The notes under the pieces are model-generated. The model was not told the origin of the DNA and ran no database searches. It worked only from the letters and a program-made list of their open reading frames with translations. This document shows positions 25,821 through 30,368 of a stretch of 30,368 nucleotides of DNA, in pieces. Both the position numbers and the translations under genes were made by a program. Each line of letters opens with the position of its first letter. Within the stretch, counting starts at the first letter, position 1. The DNA comes from a virus (taxonomy: Duplodnaviria > Caudoviricetes), in the IMG/VR virus record IMGVR_UViG_3300010366_000043, positions 1-30,368 of that record. One strand, given 5' to 3'.

Positions 25821-26112
25821 AGAAATAGATGAGTGGCTTCCTCGACATGCTCCCTGGCGTGATCGTACGGGAAGGGCAAGAAGAGGACTTGCAGCTTGGG
25901 TAGATGAGACGACTGGGCCGATAGGCACTATCATAATAGCCCATTCTCAAGAGCTAGATTATGTAATCTGGCTTGAGATTGCCAATCAAGGTAGGTATTC
26001 TATCATTCGTCCAGCTCTTGATTATTGGGCTCCTAGAACTCAGGAGACATTGCAAAGGTTAGCGAACTTAGGTATCATTACAATGGGTAAGAAAACGAGG
26101 AGAAGAAGATAA
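25711..26112 (+). CDS. HK97 gp10-like neck/tail component
   Basis: APWRDRTGRARRGL...YVIWLE...IIRPALD is the typical gp10-like pattern. Confidence 0.75.
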   Translation: MPLTFNIPPMRMMESVAQEFLYTTLQSGKNAAHQQAREIDEWLPRHAPWRDRTGRARRGLAAWVDETTGPIGTIIIAHSQELDYVIWLEIANQGRYSIIRPALDYWAPRTQETLQRLANLGIITMGKKTRRRR

Positions 26113-26696
26113 TGCCATTTGATCCTGGTAGTCCGCAATTTGGTATTAACGATGGGAAAATCGCAACTTGGGTTGCTCCAGTCGCTGCCGGAAGTCCAAC
26201 GTACAATCCAGTAGCTGGAACAGATATTATGTCTATCCAGATGGGCCAAGTCACGATGGAGCTTATCAGCGCAATTTTAACAGGCGATGATAAGCAGACA
26301 GCTATCTCAGCCAGCGCAATCGGCGGTACAATTCAAATGAGATGGGGTGGCTTGAATCTCAGCTCCCTTGCCGTTCTCACAGGTACAACTATCGCGTCCC
26401 TATCGTCTAGTGCAAAGCAAGTACAGATTACGGGTGGAACGAAGATGCCGTATGTCGGCGTCATTCTCAAAGCTCTATCGGCTGAGATCGGGGATACCTG
26501 GCTCTGGCTTCCTAAATGCAAGATCATGTCTAACTTTACATTGGCACAGATGGAGTATGGTGCGTTCACCATTCCTGAAGTGACTATGCAGATCGTAGAT
26601 GACGCTGCTTGGGGAGCTATCAATATCCTTACGCATGTTGTGGATACTCCTATCCTCAATTTCCCGCCAGCGAACTTGCTTCCAGCTCTGCCATAA
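26112..26696 (+). CDS. Major tail (tube) protein
   Basis: 194 aa, beta-rich, with an LTGDD motif; precedes the chaperones and tape measure gene. Confidence 0.75.
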   Translation: MPFDPGSPQFGINDGKIATWVAPVAAGSPTYNPVAGTDIMSIQMGQVTMELISAILTGDDKQTAISASAIGGTIQMRWGGLNLSSLAVLTGTTIASLSSSAKQVQITGGTKMPYVGVILKALSAEIGDTWLWLPKCKIMSNFTLAQMEYGAFTIPEVTMQIVDDAAWGAINILTHVVDTPILNFPPANLLPALP

Positions 26697-26711
26697 GCTA
26701 GAAAGATCACT

Positions 26712-27239
26712 ATGGAACAGCTACCTCCCACCAGTGGACTTGAATGGCGACGCAATCGCGAAGAGGGGGAGCTCATTCAGCTCCCCTATAGCGGCAAGTT
26801 TGTAAAGATTAGGACAGTACGACCTGATCAAATGCTTCGTCTTGGATCTATCCCCAATCCGCTTGCCGCTATGATGGTTAATATGATATACGGCAACCAT
26901 GATAGTGATAAGATGGAAGCTTTCTTATCCACCGCAGAAAGTGTTGAAGCGGCAAACGAGATGCTGGAAAGCCTTCGGATTGTCTGTACCGCTGCTTTCG
27001 TTAATCCAAAGATCGTAGCAAATCCAATAAAAGACGACGAGATTTCTATAGATGACATTGAATTGAGCGATCGTAGCTACATTTTCCGGCTGAGCTTTGT
27101 CCCAGCCGAAGCATTGAAAACCTTTCGTTACGGATCGCCATCAGATGTGGAGGTTATCTCAAATGGCGCGGGAGACCCACAGCCGTCCCTCGCTCCTAGT
27201 GGGAATGACGGATCCGCTGGAGTCGTATCTATTAGATAG
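26712..27239 (+). CDS. Tail assembly chaperone (gpG-like)
   Basis: Lies between tail tube and TMP; IQLPYSG...AAFVNPKIV...DDIELSDR. Confidence 0.75.
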   Translation: MEQLPPTSGLEWRRNREEGELIQLPYSGKFVKIRTVRPDQMLRLGSIPNPLAAMMVNMIYGNHDSDKMEAFLSTAESVEAANEMLESLRIVCTAAFVNPKIVANPIKDDEISIDDIELSDRSYIFRLSFVPAEALKTFRYGSPSDVEVISNGAGDPQPSLAPSGNDGSAGVVSIR

Positions 27240-27537
27240 CTGCGTCGTAACTTTTGGTATCATCATGGAAAATGCGCTCAATGAGCGCGAGCAAGTCGGG
27301 CCTCCAGACAAGCATGATTGGAAGCCAAAATATACTCTATCACAATTATTAGATAGTAAGTTTTATCTCCCTGATCCTTCCAGACCTGCCATAACGAGCA
27401 GGTTTATGAAGGAATCTGATCTTCCGCCTTTTCAGGGTGGTGTTCTTCAAATTCTTGCTCTGGCTGCCGATAATACCAATAAAGGTATTAAGACCTGGCG
27501 TTATGTTCATCCCGAAAACGATGGTGAAGCTGCATGA
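27124..27537 (+). CDS. Tail assembly chaperone C-terminal frameshift extension (gpT-like)
   Basis: The +1 frame relative to 26712 is open from 27118 to the TGA at 27535-27537 and is joined by ACC-TTT-CGT at 27120-27128. The track ORF starts at ATG 27145. Confidence 0.65.
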   Translation, partial: FVTDRHQMWRLSQMARETHSRPSLLVGMTDPLESYLLDSCVVTFGIIMENALNEREQVGPPDKHDWKPKYTLSQLLDSKFYLPDPSRPAITSRFMKESDLPPFQGGVLQILALAADNTNKGIKTWRYVHPENDGEAA

Positions 27538-30368
27538 GCGACAATATCTCGATTGCAAAAATTGACGTAGATGCTAGTGGCGTCATCAAAGCGGCAAAAG
27601 ATATAGTAGATGCTGGAGCTACTGCACAGAAGGCTTTTCAGACCTTAGCTTCTGGCGTTAAGACCATTGAAAATAATTCTAAAGCAGCGGCAGATGCAGC
27701 TAAAGCAGAACTTGTTACAGTTCAGCAGACTGAAGCTCGCAAGACGATGTCTCGGCAAGCCAGTTCCAAAGCGAAGATTGCGCTGGCCGAGAGTGAATCT
27801 AAAGTTGCGGTCAATAATTCCAAGCAAGAGCTAGAGCAAGTTGAGCAAGCTGAAAAACGTAAGACGCAGCTTGCTAAGACAAGAGCTGATCAGCGTCTTG
27901 TTAATACAAAATCTGCTGCCAAGCAAGAAGAGTCAATCTTAAATGCTTCTCTAAGAGCCAAGCAATCTGCAATGGATCAGGAAGAAGCTAAAGAGCTTTT
28001 GATGCTCAAGGCTTCTATTCGCGCTACGCAAGATGCGGAAAAAGCCAAGCAAACGGCACAGAAGCAAACATTTGATCTTTATATGGCTCGTATGAGTCAG
28101 GTCAATGCGGCTTCTGCTAGAGGCGGTATTAAGACAGGTCAAACTCTGGGTGGATTGGGCGGCGGAGCTACGGGAGGTGGAGGTGGTGGGATTACGCCCC
28201 CAAGTCCTCCCGGTCCTCCATCTGGTGGTGGGCCGAGTCAGGTCGGTGGATTCTTTCAAGGAGCTCAACAGGTCGGAGCTGGTCTTGGCGGTAATATCGC
28301 GCTGGCTACAGGTCTTGCCGCTTCGATCGCTACGCTTAACATTCCTGGTGTTATTGTCAATCTAGGGCTTTTAGGAAAAGCCTTCGTTGATACAGGAAAG
28401 GACATCTTTCAAGCTGGCATTGCTGCAGAAAAGACGGCTGTCGCCTATCAACGCCAGATTGTAGCGGCAAGCAATCTTGCTGGAAGTCAGCGAAATCTTG
28501 CCAAGATCATGGATGCTTATGTTGAAGCATCTGGCGGTGCAGTAGATACGACGGAAGCTTTGACTAGTGTAATCCAGCTTCAAGCTCTCGGTTTCGCTAA
28601 GAGCGCAGAATCTACTAAAGAATTTGTCACCGCTGCTAGAGGTATTTCTCTGGCAATGGGCAAGACAGTTACAGATGTAGCAAATGAAATTACGCTTGCC
28701 GTTGGGAACTTGAGTACTCGCCGCTTGGATCAATTAGGTTTGAGCATCCAAGAGGTTACAGATAGAACAAATGAGCTGCAAAAAGCGCACGTTGGAATGT
28801 CTCGACAGATGGCTTTTGAGCAAGCTATCTTAGAAGCTGCGGATAAAAAATTCGGTGATTTGGCAAAGTCTGCAGAAGGCCAGAAGTCACCCGTTGAGCG
28901 CATGGAAGCAGATTGGAATAATTTTTATCTGACGATGGCTAATCTAGTAGCTCCTGCCGTCGATAAAGTAGCAGATGCTTTGGATAAGCTCATTAAAAAA
29001 GCTACAGATAAAGGTCTTCAGCAAGGCTTAGAAAATATAGCCAATACGACACTGATAAGAGTAAATCAAAGCCCTGAGCAAGCTAGGCAATATGGAACTG
29101 AAACGTTAACGACCGAAGCTACGAAAGCGATGGTGGATAGGCTTACACAGCAGATTGCTGAACTGAAGAGAATTCAAGCTCTTCCTCCGGCTCAACGAGA
29201 TCAGTATCCAGATTTTGCGGGCGGCAAAACTCCGCCTGTTCTAGCTGAACTTGAAAAAGAATTGGAGATGTTCTCCAATGATATGGCACGTCTCAATGCT
29301 CGTAATATGCTAGCTCAGAGTAAAATTCCTGGAGGACCTCAACTTCCCTATACGGAAGATCCAGCAAGACCTAGTGGAGCTGGCGGTGAAACTGCTCTTC
29401 AGAGATTTGAGCGTGAAAATCAAGATATGATTATAGAGCATCATGATAGAGAGCTATCTATCAATCGTGATGCTTACAATGATCAATTAGCCGCTGACGC
29501 TGACTATCATCAAGCTGTAGAAAAATCTAATAAAGCCTTTAATCAACAGCAGGAAGAACAGCTTGAAGATCATAACAAGCAAATGGCTAAGATGGAAAAG
29601 GATTATCAAGATGAAATAAAGAAAGTCAAGCGTGATGCGGCAGAGCAAGCTAAGAAAATGGAGCGTGATCTAAACACGCAAATCGATAAAGAAAGACGGG
29701 ATGCTGCTGCCGAGCAGAAGCGTTGGCTCCGTGATTATAATGATACTGTCTTCCGCAATAATAGAGATGAGAAAGCGGCAGAAGCTCGCGTCAATCGGGA
29801 TTACGGCGAGCAAGTCGCGAAAGAAAATACAGATTATAACAATAAAGTAAAAGATATAAATGATAAGTTCAAAGAGGATCAATTAAAAAGAACGAAGGAT
29901 CATAACGAGACGCTGATGGAAGCGGCTGGCCGTCTAGATGCGGTTGCCGTCTATGCAGAACAGCGTAGGTTCTTAAAGGAACAAGCTGAAGCTAAAAAAG
30001 CGCGTGATAAAGATCTGGCTGATGAAAAGAAGCATCATGAAGATACGGTAGCTGAAAATGAACGTGAACATAAAGAGCAAATCAAAGATATGCAAGACGC
30101 TAATAATCAGCGCAATATCGATGAGAAAGCTGCTTATGATCAGCGTGTGTCAGATGCACAAACGGCACTCAATCAGCAAATAGAAGATCAGAAAACTGCG
30201 CTGGCTACGCAATTAGACGATGCGAAGAAGGCAGATGATCAGCGTCTTTCTGACATGAAGACAGCGCATGATAATCAGAAGACTGAGATGGATACAGCTT
30301 TCAATGATCAAATCACGCGTCAGCAGAAGCACCATAATGATGAGTTGACAGAGCTGGATACGCAGCAC
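27534..30368 (+). CDS. Tape measure protein (partial, runs off window end; absent from ORF track)
   Basis: ATG 27534 overlaps the chaperone stop (ATGA). It reads MSDNISIAKIDVDASG..., is Ala/Lys/Gln/Glu-rich and helical, and is still open at the end (...ELDTQH). The frame was spot-checked, not fully translated. Confidence 0.88.
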   Translation, partial: MSDNISIAKIDVDASGVIKAAKDIVDAGATAQKAFQTLASGVKTIENNSKAAADAAKAELVTVQQTEARKTMSRQASSKAKIALAESESKVAVNNSKQELEQVEQAEKRKTQLAKTRADQRLVNTKSAAKQEESILNASLRAKQSAMDQEEAKELLMLKASIRATQDAEKAKQTAQKQTFDLYMARMSQVNAASARGGIKTGQTLGGLGGGATGGGGGGITPPSPPGPPSGGGPSQVGGFFQGAQQVGAGLGGNIALATGLAASIATLNIPGVIVNLGLLGKAFVDTGKDIFQAGIAAEKTAVAYQRQIVAASNLAGSQRNLAKIMDAYVEASGGAVDTTEALTSVIQLQALGFAKSAESTKEFVTAARGISLAMGKTVTDVANEITLAVGNLSTRRLDQLGLSIQEVTDRTNELQKAHVGMSRQMAFEQAILEAADKKFGDLAKSAEGQKSPVERMEADWNNFYLTMANLVAPAVDKVADALDKLIKKATDKGLQQGLENIANTTLIRVNQSPEQARQYGTETLTTEATKAMVDRLTQQIAELKRIQALPPAQRDQYPDFAGGKTPPVLAELEKELEMFSNDMARLNARNMLAQSKIPGGPQLPYTEDPARPSGAGGETALQRFERENQDMIIEHHDRELSINRDAYNDQLAADADYHQAVEKSNKAFNQQQEEQLEDHNKQMAKMEKDYQDEIKKVKRDAAEQAKKMERDLNTQIDKERRDAAAEQKRWLRDYNDTVFRNNRDEKAAEARVNRDYGEQVAKENTDYNNKVKDINDKFKEDQLKRTKDHNETLMEAAGRLDAVAVYAEQRRFLKEQAEAKKARDKDLADEKKHHEDTVAENEREHKEQIKDMQDANNQRNIDEKAAYDQRVSDAQTALNQQIEDQKTALATQLDDAKKADDQRLSDMKTAHDNQKTEMDTAFNDQITRQQKHHNDELTELDTQH

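Noticed and set aside
2741-26805. Numerous 60-160 aa alternative-frame or antisense ORFs nested in the major genes
   Set aside because: They are fully overlapped by motif-supported genes and have no recognisable motifs or RBS.
27645-29882. Several short track ORFs on either strand in the last 3 kb
   Set aside because: They are shadows of the long open tape measure frame starting at 27534.
1-30368. Integrase, repressor, tRNA genes, dpdA/queCDE or purZ
   Set aside because: None was recognised in this window, so lifestyle and any 7-deazaguanine or Z-base pathway cannot be asserted; such genes could lie outside the window.

Overview
This window is a 30 kb segment of a tailed dsDNA phage with a siphovirus-like gene set, organised as two divergent arms around back-to-back sigma70-like promoters (~16450-16570). 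The left arm (- strand) encodes an SNF2-type helicase, a Sak4/AAA_24 ATPase, an SSB, a RuvC-like resolvase and a nucleotide-modification-like cluster (FAD Rossmann enzyme, all-alpha NTP-PPase/HAD fusion, Nmad1/DUF1599-like protein, non-canonical ThyX). It continues with a family A DNA polymerase, an AEP primase-ATPase, a GH+M23 cell-wall hydrolase, a ParB-like protein, small ORFs and an HNH protein. The right arm (+ strand) encodes terminase, portal, protease/scaffold, decoration protein, major capsid, head-tail genes, an inserted GT4 glycosyltransferase, tail tube, a chaperone pair with a candidate +1 frameshift, and a tape measure gene that runs off the window. The most striking signal is that three non-coding stretches (1-104, 264-432, 16422-16583) contain no GA or TC dinucleotide, although coding DNA is rich in them. 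Together with the altered ThyX/PolA cluster, this suggests a context-specific DNA hypermodification that is kept out of promoters (inference). All functional calls come from motif recognition by eye; no searches were run.
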